A stretch of 57,228 nt of DNA from NCBI GenBank assembly GCA_016840095.1, contig JAEOSZ010000052.1:1-57228 (forward strand). Direction: 5' to 3'. A model generated the notes under the pieces. The model ran no database searches. It saw only the letters and a list, made by a program, of their open reading frames with translations, and was not told where the DNA came from. The translations under genes were made by a program, and so were the position numbers. The stretch's first letter is position 1, and each line of letters begins with the position of its first letter. Of the stretch, positions 19,448 to 29,335 are shown piece by piece. Source of the stretch: Candidatus Heimdallarchaeota archaeon (GTDB lineage Archaea > Asgardarchaeota > Heimdallarchaeia > Heimdallarchaeales > Heimdallarchaeaceae).

Positions 19448-22237
19448 TCAAGTGAAATGAAGTCCATAAAATCCTTCGTAGAACCAAGAATTATTTATCC
19501 AAGTTATGTTTACTGAATTCCCAACAAGTGGAATTAAATGATGAGAAACTGTTTGAGGAAAGCCATACAAGTCTTCATAGCTTATCTCAATACTTATATC
19601 ATGAATGTAAACTGTTTGTTGAGGAAGAGATAATAGTTTAATGGGGTAGAATATCTCTTCTGATGGTTTAGGTATAACTTCTAAATTGTTTGTTAAAACT
19701 AAACTGCCATTTGATGATAGGGTATATTCTGTTGTGATATCTATTGTAATTGGTAAATTAGTTGGTATGCCTGTTAAATCAAGCAGTGTTTCAATTGAAG
19801 CTGTATCATCTGTTATATTAGCTTCTAGAGGTGCATGAGCCAAAAGGCTGCTTTGTGAAGTATTTCCTTTTATCACTATATCAACAGGTCCAATAAAATC
19901 ATCATACTTGTTAATGGTGAATAACAAAAACTCATCGTTAGTAAAACGAAAAGTGAAGTATTCATTGTTATGTATAAATCTGAAGATAAAGTAATTCCAG
20001 TAAAAATCTTCTAGATAAGCATCATACCAATCATTAGAACTATTCAATGCTACAAAAATGGATACATCATAATCATCAAAGAAGTTAAGATTTCTTGAAA
20101 CATTTGAGGTCCATAGCGGTACTGAAACATCATACAAACCCGTCTCGCTTAGAAAACCAAGCATGTAAAAATCAATTATAGGTTGAGAAGCATAGTACTC
20201 TAAACCCGGAGTATTAACTGATAGGATTATTTGATCGTCTGTAAAACCTAATCGATTTATAGCATCTATTAGCTCTTGAAAAGATTCTCTATAATCATAG
20301 CTGTAAGTTCCCTCGAATTCCCTCAAATTAAACCCTACTGAAGCTAGAAGTGATGCTTGTCCTGCAAAGGGGACAACTATAACAATAGAAATTAATGCCC
20401 CTGAAAGTATTTTTCTCACATTGAATTTATTGTTATAAATTTGTATAAAACTAAGTTTAAGATTCTTCTCTTTCCATATCAGCAAAAATGCTATTAGATT
20501 GATAAGGAGAATATATCCAATCAACGAGAATATTCTTGTATGTGCATAATACCATCGGAAATGGAAATTTAGGAAAACTGTTTCTAACGGGATAAGAGGA
20601 TAAAGGAAAAGATAGGCACTGGCAGTAATAAACAAATAAGATAAAAATCCATCTCTTTCTTTCCCATCTCTTTTGTTGAAAAACTGAACTACTGATTCAA
20701 ATCCTACAACAAAGATTATAGCTAATGGGACAATTATAGGTGTTAGATATCTGACTGATTCCATAGCAAAGAGACCCTGCCAGATAATATAGAAGAACAT
20801 TGTCCAGAGTAGAAGTTCATTATTTTTCTTATTTGAACTAATAAATCCGAAAAGTTTGAAAATCAACCAAGTTCCTGCAAACATTGCAGCTATTAAAATT
20901 GAGAATGATGAGGAAAAGAAAGTAGCTGTATGAGCATTTTCTAGATAAGTCACGGTTCCAGGAAGCTCAATACCTGGCCAAGAAAGGCTTACTTGGGAGA
21001 ATTTCACACTAACAAATAGAGCTGTTAAATAGTTTCGAACACCTGGAATTGTTAGCATGTAAAATATCCATAATATTACTACAATGAAAGGAAATGCAAA
21101 AATTCCCAAGGTATAAATCCATCTTCTAACAGAGAATTCCAAACTTTTGCTATTAAAGACAAGATAAATGCAATATATGGCAAGCAATCCGATTAAAATT
21201 CCAGTTCCCAAATAAATGTCAAAAACTGATTTTCGAATTAACTGAGTTGCAAAACCCACAATAATCAAAACTCTCAAACTCTTTCCAATTCTATCTGAAG
21301 GCATTGCAACAAATAGGACAAAGGGAATAACGAAACCACTTAGTTTACTTAAGCTGCACCCTCCTAGACTCAAAGACGTCAGAAGTGCAAAATACAACTG
21401 TTCTTTACCCTCTTCTGTTCCAAGAAATCTTTTGTAATAATAGAAAGCTGCAGTTGTAAAGAAAAGGATATACATCTCCTGATAGTAGGTATATTCATAC
21501 ACCAGAAAGTAAGTTAGAGGAGTTGCGAGAAAAGCTATAGAAGCAAAAAGAGAAGTCTTTTGTGACAAACCCATTGTTTTTGCTATCTTATAACAATAAA
21601 ATGCTGTTCCTGCCAAAAAGAGAATTGGAATAAACTGAATCATTTCTGACTGTGTTACAAAAAAGGTATATGCAAAAAGAAGTATGTTCATTGGAGGTTT
21701 GAACTGTGGGAAAAAAGTTAATTCATTAATTGAACTTAGTTGACCTGTGACATAAATTCTGAAGGAATTAGGGAGATAAAAGTGTAAGAAATCCCATCCC
21801 TTCAAAGGGTAAACAAGTACCTGAAATGCATAAAAAAGAATCATTAAAACAACAATTATCTTGAGAAGGATTTCTATAGAATGGTTAAGTTTTTTCCTAC
21901 TAGAAAGTATAAGCACTGGTAATTTCTTCCTAACCCAAACAAATATTCTATAAATTGAATAAAGTAAACCTAGTGCTAAGTAGATATAGACAAAACGCTC
22001 AAGAGACACACTATCATTAGTTTTGTTTGCAACCCAAGCAATAACCAGCATTGGTATTGCCAAAGCCAGAGTTCCAACTATTAAGGATTCAACAAGATTT
22101 TCAAGTAAGGAATTAGATGTTTTCAGCTTCAGAATTCTGATCTTAACGATATCTACCAATAGAGATCCAGTAGATAGAATCGAGATGAGTGGAACAAGAA
22201 TTCTAATATCTAGCTGTATCATTAATTCAATCTCCAT
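19448..22237 (-). CDS. Polytopic GT-C-like glycosyltransferase (ArnT/PMT-like) with soluble C-terminal domain
   Basis: More than 12 TM helices; GWDFLHFY and KPP in the first outer loop; SKLSG motif. Confidence 0.65.
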   Translation of the reverse strand: MEIELMIQLDIRILVPLISILSTGSLLVDIVKIRILKLKTSNSLLENLVESLIVGTLALAIPMLVIAWVANKTNDSVSLERFVYIYLALGLLYSIYRIFVWVRKKLPVLILSSRKKLNHSIEILLKIIVVLMILFYAFQVLVYPLKGWDFLHFYLPNSFRIYVTGQLSSINELTFFPQFKPPMNILLFAYTFFVTQSEMIQFIPILFLAGTAFYCYKIAKTMGLSQKTSLFASIAFLATPLTYFLVYEYTYYQEMYILFFTTAAFYYYKRFLGTEEGKEQLYFALLTSLSLGGCSLSKLSGFVIPFVLFVAMPSDRIGKSLRVLIIVGFATQLIRKSVFDIYLGTGILIGLLAIYCIYLVFNSKSLEFSVRRWIYTLGIFAFPFIVVILWIFYMLTIPGVRNYLTALFVSVKFSQVSLSWPGIELPGTVTYLENAHTATFFSSSFSILIAAMFAGTWLIFKLFGFISSNKKNNELLLWTMFFYIIWQGLFAMESVRYLTPIIVPLAIIFVVGFESVVQFFNKRDGKERDGFLSYLFITASAYLFLYPLIPLETVFLNFHFRWYYAHTRIFSLIGYILLINLIAFLLIWKEKNLKLSFIQIYNNKFNVRKILSGALISIVIVVPFAGQASLLASVGFNLREFEGTYSYDYRESFQELIDAINRLGFTDDQIILSVNTPGLEYYASQPIIDFYMLGFLSETGLYDVSVPLWTSNVSRNLNFFDDYDVSIFVALNSSNDWYDAYLEDFYWNYFIFRFIHNNEYFTFRFTNDEFLLFTINKYDDFIGPVDIVIKGNTSQSSLLAHAPLEANITDDTASIETLLDLTGIPTNLPITIDITTEYTLSSNGSLVLTNNLEVIPKPSEEIFYPIKLLSLPQQTVYIHDISIEISYEDLYGFPQTVSHHLIPLVGNSVNITWINNSWFYEGFYGLHFT

Positions 22238-23882
22238 ATTCTTTTTCTACATCTATTGCAGTTTTGTTTTTAGTAAAGTCAAGTTTACTGAAATGACCAA
22301 TTGTGATTAATATTGGAATTGTAGCTGTAATTGCGGCAATGATAAACCAACCTGATAAAGCATCTCCAGAAGCCAAAGTTGTGTAAGTAACGAAGTAAAA
22401 TGCTCCAGCAATCACTAAGAGACCAATTGACCACAAAGTATACTTAATTTTTTGGCTCATTTTTCCTAAGGTTTTGGTTTTTACTTTAATGGTTCTATCG
22501 AATTCCTTTTTGACTCCTAAAAGCGCACTTACTACTGCCCATACAAGAAAATACTGGGCTGTCATCATTAGTAAGTAGAAAGCAGCTATTGTCCAAACCA
22601 TTCCAAAGAAACCTCGTAAACGTATCATTCGGTCTTCTTTTTCTTCTCTTCTCCATGTAACAAATGCCATAATTAAACTAGCAAGTGAAATCAAGAGAGG
22701 AGCAGCTAAAAGAAGAGGAAATATCCCTAAATCAGGTCTTACAAATGCAAAGTTATCTAGTACAGTATATTCTTTAATCATGTACATAACAAAAAGCAAG
22801 ATATAAACAAATATCATTGCAGTACCTACAATTGGAGTGGTAACTGTAGAGAGAATATCTATTTTGTTAATAGTTTTGTTCTTCCCTGTAATAATCTTCC
22901 AAAATCTCTTGCGGAAAATGGATGTAATTCCATTAGTCCATCTCCAAACTTGATTTACCATACTAATTGGGTTCCAAGGTACTAATCCCTTGGAGCAAAT
23001 TTCATGAAGATATCTAGTCTTATACCCATTGGACATCAACATAAAAGAAGTATCAGTATCCTCAGCTAAAGTATCTTCCAAAAACCCTCCAAATTCTTTG
23101 AGTAAATCAACCCTTAGTAGTCCAGTTGTTCCTGCAAAAATAACTCCATCTCTGGTACCTCTACTTTTTTGATATATATGGAAGAATTGAGACTGTATAA
23201 AGGTACTACTGCGCATCAAGTAATCATCTTGATTAACAAACATAGGTTTTCCTTGCACAAGAACAATGTCTTCTTCAGTAAAACCTGAAAGACAAGTTTT
23301 GATGAAATTTGGAGTAGCAATGTGATCTGCATCTAACAAGCCAATAAAATCACTATCAATTTGCTTAAGTGCATTGTTTATAGCTCCAGCTTTAAACCCA
23401 GTACGGTCATCTCTTCGAATGAAAGTTATACCATTCTCTTTGCAGAAAGTTTGGAGTTCAGAAGATTCTTCTGCAGGACTATCATCACAAACAAAAATCT
23501 CATACCTATCTTTCGGGTAATCAAGTTCCATAGCGGCTTTCAATGATTGTGACACTACAGCAAAAGGTTCTCGATAGAACGGAAAAATAATTGTTACCTT
23601 GGGGAGAGGATTACTCTTGAGAAATTTATTGTTTTCATCCTTAAGAAGAGTATAGTGTGCAGATGAACCGATATAATAGTAAATGAATATAGAGAAGAAT
23701 GCTGAGAAAAGCTCAAGCAGAAGTATGAGGAAATTGAGAATCAAACCTACAATAGCAGACCAACTTGGTAATGAGGAGGAGTAAAATTTGGTAATTTCTA
23801 TACTGCTATAGATGACATAGAATATCAGAAAAGCAAAAAGAGAATATGCTAAGATGTACCATAAAATCTTTTTCCATTTCAT
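22227..23882 (-). CDS. Processive GT2, cellulose-synthase (BcsA/CesA)-like
   Basis: YREP, DDS, FKAGAIN, DADH, FAGTTG, LAEDTD, QVWRW; 2 N-terminal and ~6 C-terminal TMs. Confidence 0.9.
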   Translation of the reverse strand: MKWKKILWYILAYSLFAFLIFYVIYSSIEITKFYSSSLPSWSAIVGLILNFLILLLELFSAFFSIFIYYYIGSSAHYTLLKDENNKFLKSNPLPKVTIIFPFYREPFAVVSQSLKAAMELDYPKDRYEIFVCDDSPAEESSELQTFCKENGITFIRRDDRTGFKAGAINNALKQIDSDFIGLLDADHIATPNFIKTCLSGFTEEDIVLVQGKPMFVNQDDYLMRSSTFIQSQFFHIYQKSRGTRDGVIFAGTTGLLRVDLLKEFGGFLEDTLAEDTDTSFMLMSNGYKTRYLHEICSKGLVPWNPISMVNQVWRWTNGITSIFRKRFWKIITGKNKTINKIDILSTVTTPIVGTAMIFVYILLFVMYMIKEYTVLDNFAFVRPDLGIFPLLLAAPLLISLASLIMAFVTWRREEKEDRMIRLRGFFGMVWTIAAFYLLMMTAQYFLVWAVVSALLGVKKEFDRTIKVKTKTLGKMSQKIKYTLWSIGLLVIAGAFYFVTYTTLASGDALSGWFIIAAITATIPILITIGHFSKLDFTKNKTAIDVEKEYGD

Positions 23883-23900
23883 TCAGTTATCCCCTCAATG

Positions 23901-25535
23901 TTATGTGTTATTCCCTTCAATAAAATAAGGTTTGTTGTGCTTAGTTGAGAAATGGAAGAACAAACAAACTGGAAAAGTAGCTAGCATAGATAAACCCAAT
24001 AGACCTAGAACAATCCAGAAAGAACCTGCAAAGCTATTATGAAGAAAGTCAAAAACTGAGATGGCTACTAAACCACCTCCTAAGAGGGTAATTATGAAAG
24101 AGAGAATAATATACGGAACTTTTTCATTCCACTGATCCTTGTTTCTGTTAGGTGTTTTTCGTTTAAATATTGCCTTTAAAACAGCATAAACAGTGAAAGG
24201 ATTAAGTACTAAAGCAAGAATTAAGAAATAAACAAGATCAAATAATTTTAGATTTTTTATACCGCTTCTTTTAGCATAAAGAACAGCAATTATACCAGAA
24301 AGTTGGTATGAAAGTGCAAAAGCTATAGGCATAATTAGGAGAGGTGGAAAAACGCTCATTGGTAATCTAATAACTGAACTCTTTGTAAAATACATAATCA
24401 CATAGATTACTAGATTTAGATATACTGTTGAAGCTATAAAGAAAAGTGAAGCACTGAACATTAAATCAATTCTATGTATAAATGGCATTTTACCAGAAAG
24501 TATCTTCTTCCACCTTAGTCTAAGAACTTGCATACTACCCTTAGCCCACCTTAATATTTGGGATAATAAGAGTGAAAAAGTTGCTGGAATTAACCCAAAA
24601 CTTCCGTATTCATCTATTAATTCAGTTTTGTATCCTTTAGTTAGAAGTTTTACAGATACATCCACATCTTCTGTGAAGGTATCAAATGGGATTCCACCAA
24701 TTTCATCAACATAGGCTTTTCGATAACAAGCTGTAGAACCATTTGTTAGAACTGTAAGATGTTTTGTCTTTGAACGTTGGAACACTTCATAAAATTGTGC
24801 GTACATAACAGATTCCCACACTTGTAACTTCGATTTAACTTGTCTGAAGTTAACTTTAGCTTGTACAAAGGCTAGTTCTGTATTATTTACAAGTAGTTTG
24901 ACGAACTTATCGACAATTTGAGGTTCTAGCCTATGATCATAATCTAAAAGAATGAAAAATTCTGATGTAACTTCTCGCAATACTATATTTAGCATTCCAG
25001 CTTTAAAATGAACATTTGAAGGATCATGAATGTGTTGAGCACCATACTTCTCAGCAAGTTGAACTGTTTTCTTAAAACTATCATGTTCTTTTTCTGTATC
25101 ATCTCCAAGATAAACTGTAAGCTTTTCTTTTGGATAACTTGTTTCTGCGATAGAAATCAAAGTATCTTCGAGAATTTTATTGTTTGGATTTCGTATTGGA
25201 ATGATAACACTTACAGAAGGATGATCTTTCAATAAAATCTGCTCTTCCGATTTAACAGGTGGGTTCATACAAGTTGAAGCCATATGATTTAGAAGCATTA
25301 CCGTGTAAAATACACCTAAAAATTCTATCAATAAAGTGAAAAGATTGAGTAGGAACTCTAATACTAATATACCTTCAAAAGGAACTTCGTAGAATCTCTG
25401 AACCATTAAAACAAAAGACCAGACAAGATAAACAATGCCAACAATTGCAACAGCTGCTGTAAATAGATAAAGGAAAACTCCTACAGATTGCCATGCAAGT
25501 GTTCTAGGTTTCTTGCTTTTGTTAGTTAACGTCAT
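23901..25535 (-). CDS. Second processive GT2, cellulose-synthase-like
   Basis: GDD, FKAGMLN, DYDH, NGST, FTEDVD, QILRW; start ATG 25535 (TTG 25550 possible). Confidence 0.9.
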   Translation of the reverse strand: MTLTNKSKKPRTLAWQSVGVFLYLFTAAVAIVGIVYLVWSFVLMVQRFYEVPFEGILVLEFLLNLFTLLIEFLGVFYTVMLLNHMASTCMNPPVKSEEQILLKDHPSVSVIIPIRNPNNKILEDTLISIAETSYPKEKLTVYLGDDTEKEHDSFKKTVQLAEKYGAQHIHDPSNVHFKAGMLNIVLREVTSEFFILLDYDHRLEPQIVDKFVKLLVNNTELAFVQAKVNFRQVKSKLQVWESVMYAQFYEVFQRSKTKHLTVLTNGSTACYRKAYVDEIGGIPFDTFTEDVDVSVKLLTKGYKTELIDEYGSFGLIPATFSLLLSQILRWAKGSMQVLRLRWKKILSGKMPFIHRIDLMFSASLFFIASTVYLNLVIYVIMYFTKSSVIRLPMSVFPPLLIMPIAFALSYQLSGIIAVLYAKRSGIKNLKLFDLVYFLILALVLNPFTVYAVLKAIFKRKTPNRNKDQWNEKVPYIILSFIITLLGGGLVAISVFDFLHNSFAGSFWIVLGLLGLSMLATFPVCLFFHFSTKHNKPYFIEGNNT

Positions 25536-25621
25536 CAGCGATCCTTTCAAATTGAATAATAACTACAAAAGATATTATCCTATTAAGATTTTGTCATTGT
25601 AATTGGCTAAGAAGAAATTTA

Positions 25622-25698
25622 GAGAATAATGAATCCGGGTGAGCTAGGTAATTCATTGAATCATCTGTTCGTGCATTTTCATCATTTCCATCATTCTC
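25622..25698 (-). ncRNA. C/D box guide sRNA, copy 1
   Basis: Minus strand: GAGAAUGAUG stem, box C AUGAUGA, D' CAGA, C' CAAUGA, guide ACCUAGCUCAC, D-like CGGA, closing CAUUAUUCUC (10-bp stem with one G-U). Confidence 0.7.
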
Positions 25699-25780
25699 AC
25701 TAGTAGAGGGAAAATTTAGGATATAACAGTTTCTGAATAGAACAAGGCATTGTTCTCTCTGTAATTATATGAAGTAGAAT

Positions 25781-25863
25781 AATGAGAATAACGTAATCAG
25801 AGTGAGCTAGGAAAGTCATCGAATCATCGGTTGTAATTCCTCATCATTTTCGCTATTCTCATT
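25781..25863 (-). ncRNA. C/D box guide sRNA, copy 2
   Basis: Minus strand: AAUGAGAAUAGCG stem, box C AUGAUGA, D' CCGA, C' CGAUGA, guide CCUAGCUCAC, box D CUGA, closing CGUUAUUCUCAUU (13-bp stem with one G-U). Confidence 0.8.
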
Positions 25864-25919
25864 TAAGGATTAGATTAACTAAATATATGAGTTACGAATA
25901 TTTACAAAAAAAAGAGTGA

Positions 25920-26972
25920 TTATTGATCAATCTCTGTGTCTTGATCTGCTTCTATCTGCTCTTTGGCAACATCAACGATTGCAGCTATTGCTTGTTCTGT
26001 GTCTTGTTCTGCTTCTTTCTTTCTCTTTTCTCTGAGCTGTTCTATTGTCATAACAGCTTCGAGCTGATTCTTAGGAACAGGTGGAGGATCAAATCTTTCT
26101 ATCAGTTGAACTAGTAGATCTTTTTGCTTTTCCAACCCTAACTCATCGCAGAAATTAAAAAATCTGTCTTCATAAAGATACAAATCTTCTAACAAGCTTT
26201 TGTAGATTATATTAACTTCTTCTTTGTTCAATTTCATTACTTCTGGGGAAGTCATTTCTGTAATGTACTCTTTGATAAGGTTCATATCAGAAGCAATCTC
26301 ACTCAAATAGAAGATAAAAAGAGACATATTTGTTTGAGCATTATGGACAGATGTCTGAATTAAAACTTGTCTATAATCTTCTGTTAGTAGGTCAACGAAT
26401 CGCTCTTTAGAAATTTGAAGATTTTTAGTTAAAGCATCTTCCCAATCTTCCGGCAGCTTGGAATAATTAAATGCCAGTGCTGGTATTAAGTAATCATAAA
26501 GAGGTTTTTGAATATCTTTCAATTCTTCTTCCGATAATTTACCTAAAAACTTCATGAATAGTTTATAATGGTCAATGTTTCCAGAACCTTCAAAATAGCG
26601 AAGAATAGGCAATACTGATTCTATCGGTTGTAAATCTCTAAAATATAATTTCATTAAAATTGGTCTTAGAGCATAAGGAACCACTAAGAGTAATAAGACA
26701 GGTAAAAACGCATAGAATGTTTGTCCGCTGTTTCTTAATAATAAATAAAGCATTACTACCAGACCTATAATTATTCCCCATAAACCAAACTGCATATATC
26801 TAGCAATTTTCTGAGCTCTTGTCAAGTTAAAACATATTTGACACAGTCTGTTAGCCTGTACATCATAATGTTGATCAAGGTTGCATATCGCTAATCCGCA
26901 ATTAGCACACTCACCATCTGTAGTATTATGAAAATGGAATGCACAATACTCTTTTCTTTCAATATTGACCAT
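25920..26972 (-). CDS. B-box-like zinc finger, 2 TM and helical domain protein
   Basis: CAFH-x7-CANC-x3-C...CQIC, two hydrophobic helices, then a long helical region. Confidence 0.65.
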   Translation of the reverse strand: MVNIERKEYCAFHFHNTTDGECANCGLAICNLDQHYDVQANRLCQICFNLTRAQKIARYMQFGLWGIIIGLVVMLYLLLRNSGQTFYAFLPVLLLLVVPYALRPILMKLYFRDLQPIESVLPILRYFEGSGNIDHYKLFMKFLGKLSEEELKDIQKPLYDYLIPALAFNYSKLPEDWEDALTKNLQISKERFVDLLTEDYRQVLIQTSVHNAQTNMSLFIFYLSEIASDMNLIKEYITEMTSPEVMKLNKEEVNIIYKSLLEDLYLYEDRFFNFCDELGLEKQKDLLVQLIERFDPPPVPKNQLEAVMTIEQLREKRKKEAEQDTEQAIAAIVDVAKEQIEADQDTEIDQ

Positions 26973-27155
26973 AACTACAAAAAATACAGTAATCTTTTAA
27001 CTTTATCGACTATGTCTTTTTCTTATATTCAGTTCAAGATTACGAAAATTTAGCACTTATGTGAGTAAGCTTTGTGTGAAATCTGATTGAATACTAGGAC
27101 AGAGTTTAAATAAGAAGTTCTTAAAATTAATAATTGTAAATTATTTGACTGGAAT

Positions 27156-27770
27156 GTGTCGATATTGAGTGCAGATGATGATGTACAAAACATAATAAGA
27201 GAAGGAAAGGAACTTCTAGCTACAAAATCAGCTGAAGATTTCATGAAGTATATTGAAGGGGAAATCAAGCAGTTAGAAGAAAGCGACAAATTTATAGAAT
27301 CTGTAATAGTCTGGCATTTTGTTGCAGAAGCTATGGAAAATATCGAGGAACAAGATAATCAATCATATGCATATAGTAAATTAATTAGTAGATATCTCTG
27401 GTTGGATGATATTCAAAAAGCTGAAAAGGTTTACAATGAATCACTCAACAAAGAACTCTCTAGTTTCCATTTAGATACTGTTAGAACTATTTTTGAAAGG
27501 AGAAAGGAATCTAGAAGCAATAGAGAGATTATTAAGATTAACAAAATGGATATTTTTGGTGACTTAGATCTTATCCCTGCAAGTCCAAGTACGGTGTTTG
27601 AAAATGTATCCTTGGTGAGAAGATATATTCACAATTATCTTCCTGAAGGAACTTATTCCATTACGATTTTAAATCATAAAAATAAATCAACAGAAATCCT
27701 TGAGATATCCACAGAGCAGCTTGTGGAATATGAAGTTATCTCAATTCAAGAAACAGTGAGGTTGGAATAA
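27156..27770 (+). CDS. Hypothetical protein, helical N-terminus
   Basis: 204-aa ORF with typical composition; abuts the next gene. Confidence 0.65.
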   Translation: MSILSADDDVQNIIREGKELLATKSAEDFMKYIEGEIKQLEESDKFIESVIVWHFVAEAMENIEEQDNQSYAYSKLISRYLWLDDIQKAEKVYNESLNKELSSFHLDTVRTIFERRKESRSNREIIKINKMDIFGDLDLIPASPSTVFENVSLVRRYIHNYLPEGTYSITILNHKNKSTEILEISTEQLVEYEVISIQETVRLE

Positions 27771-27771
27771 G

Positions 27772-29334
27772 ATGGCAGAACAAAAAGCAATCTGGGGATC
27801 TACTAGATATTTCATTAAAATTGAACCCTATACAAACGTTTTCGGTACTTCTATGAGTGGAATTGTTTCCTATTATGATACTCATGGGTTGATTAATGAA
27901 AAAGAATGTAGAAATTTATTAGAAATTGTTGATACAGTTAATGAATTTTGGTCTACTATTTTAGCTCCACACGAAACAAGAGTTGCTCGTTGGATAGAAG
28001 AATATCTATTAGAAATAGGAATAGCTGGAGATTACAATTTACTTCTACGTCTCCTAAGATCTGATGATCTTTTTGGTGAAGATTTAGACGATATAATAAA
28101 AGAAACTAAGGAAGTTGATACTGAAGAGATAGAGAAAGCATTCGAAATTGATGAAGATAACAAGATTCTTGGACATGAAATAACAATCACTAGATTACCA
28201 GAAGACGAGTATCTCAGAAATGAATTACTTCAGAAACTGATTGAAGACAACAAGTATAACGTTCCATCTACAGTTAAAAGTAGAAGTCAGTTTAAGTTAG
28301 TAAATGGTGAGGTTAAAAAAACCGAAAGAGAAAATCCTCTTGGAATTGGAGAAACTCTTAAAGAAGTAACTTTGGTTTCAGGCCTTAAGAACGAAGAAAA
28401 GGAAGTTATAACAGAAGTTGAAATCATTGATGAAATGCCATACTGCTTCGCTATAGAAAACATGGAAATTGGTGATTTGGAAATTCAACCAACCAAAGAT
28501 AAAAAGGAGAAGGTTCTAGAAATCATTTGGGAAATACCTGAAATTCAGCCTAATCAGCAAGTTGAAATTAACTATAAACTTTCTAAACGTATAAACAGAA
28601 CAATCTTGGAGATCATTGAAAACGAAGTTATTGCAGTTTTGAATACTTTTGAGAACATATCTATTTCTGGATTGGAATTTAAATAAAACATCAAATATCT
28701 TAATATTCACAATCGACAATTACAAGAGTTACATATCATAGATGAAATTCCTCCTGAATTTTCTATATTAAAAACAAATCCTGAAGCAATTCCTCCTAAC
28801 GCAGTGGTTGAGAAAGTTAAATTGAAAGGCATCAATGTAAGATGGAAACACAAGAATATTGCTATGAACCAATCCTTAGACAAAATCTATAACCTAGATT
28901 ACTTCCCATATTTGTTCAGAGGTAAGAAGATTATTCAAAATGAAGAAGGAAAAACAATTTTCAAGGTAGCAAAATTCATTAAATCTTCTGAAAGAGATAT
29001 GGGATATTCTATTCTATATATCATTAAGAATATTCAAGGTGATGTAGCAGAATTCATTTCTCTTGCAGATAAATTCCCTGCCAGTCATGCAGTTGTTGGC
29101 ACAAATCCAGAGGGTTCACAGATAATGGAACAAATTGATGATTCAGGTGATAAAATAATCACATGGATTGTAGAGCCACCACCAGTAAGTAAGGTAACTT
29201 CAGTTGAAATAAAAGTTGCTGGTGATACTTCACCAACCTTTGAAATGTTTCAAGTATTCATTGGAGAAAAAACAGAAAAAGAAGTCTTAGAAAAAGAATC
29301 TTCTGTATCAAGGGAACTTGTTAAGTCTCCCTAA
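27772..29334 (+). pseudogene. ~520-aa protein with three Ig/DUF11-like repeats, interrupted by one in-frame TAA at 28684-28686
   Basis: ORFs 27772-28686 and 28804-29334 share a frame; the gap translates openly (NIKYLNIHNRQLQELHIIDEIPPEF...). Confidence 0.75.
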
Positions 29335-29335
29335 C

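Noticed and set aside
25622-25863. Two-copy repeat read as a CRISPR array, MITE or tandem riboswitch
   Set aside because: Only two diverged ~80-nt units, no spacer pattern, no cas genes or target-site duplications; C/D boxes and an rRNA-complementary guide explain it better.
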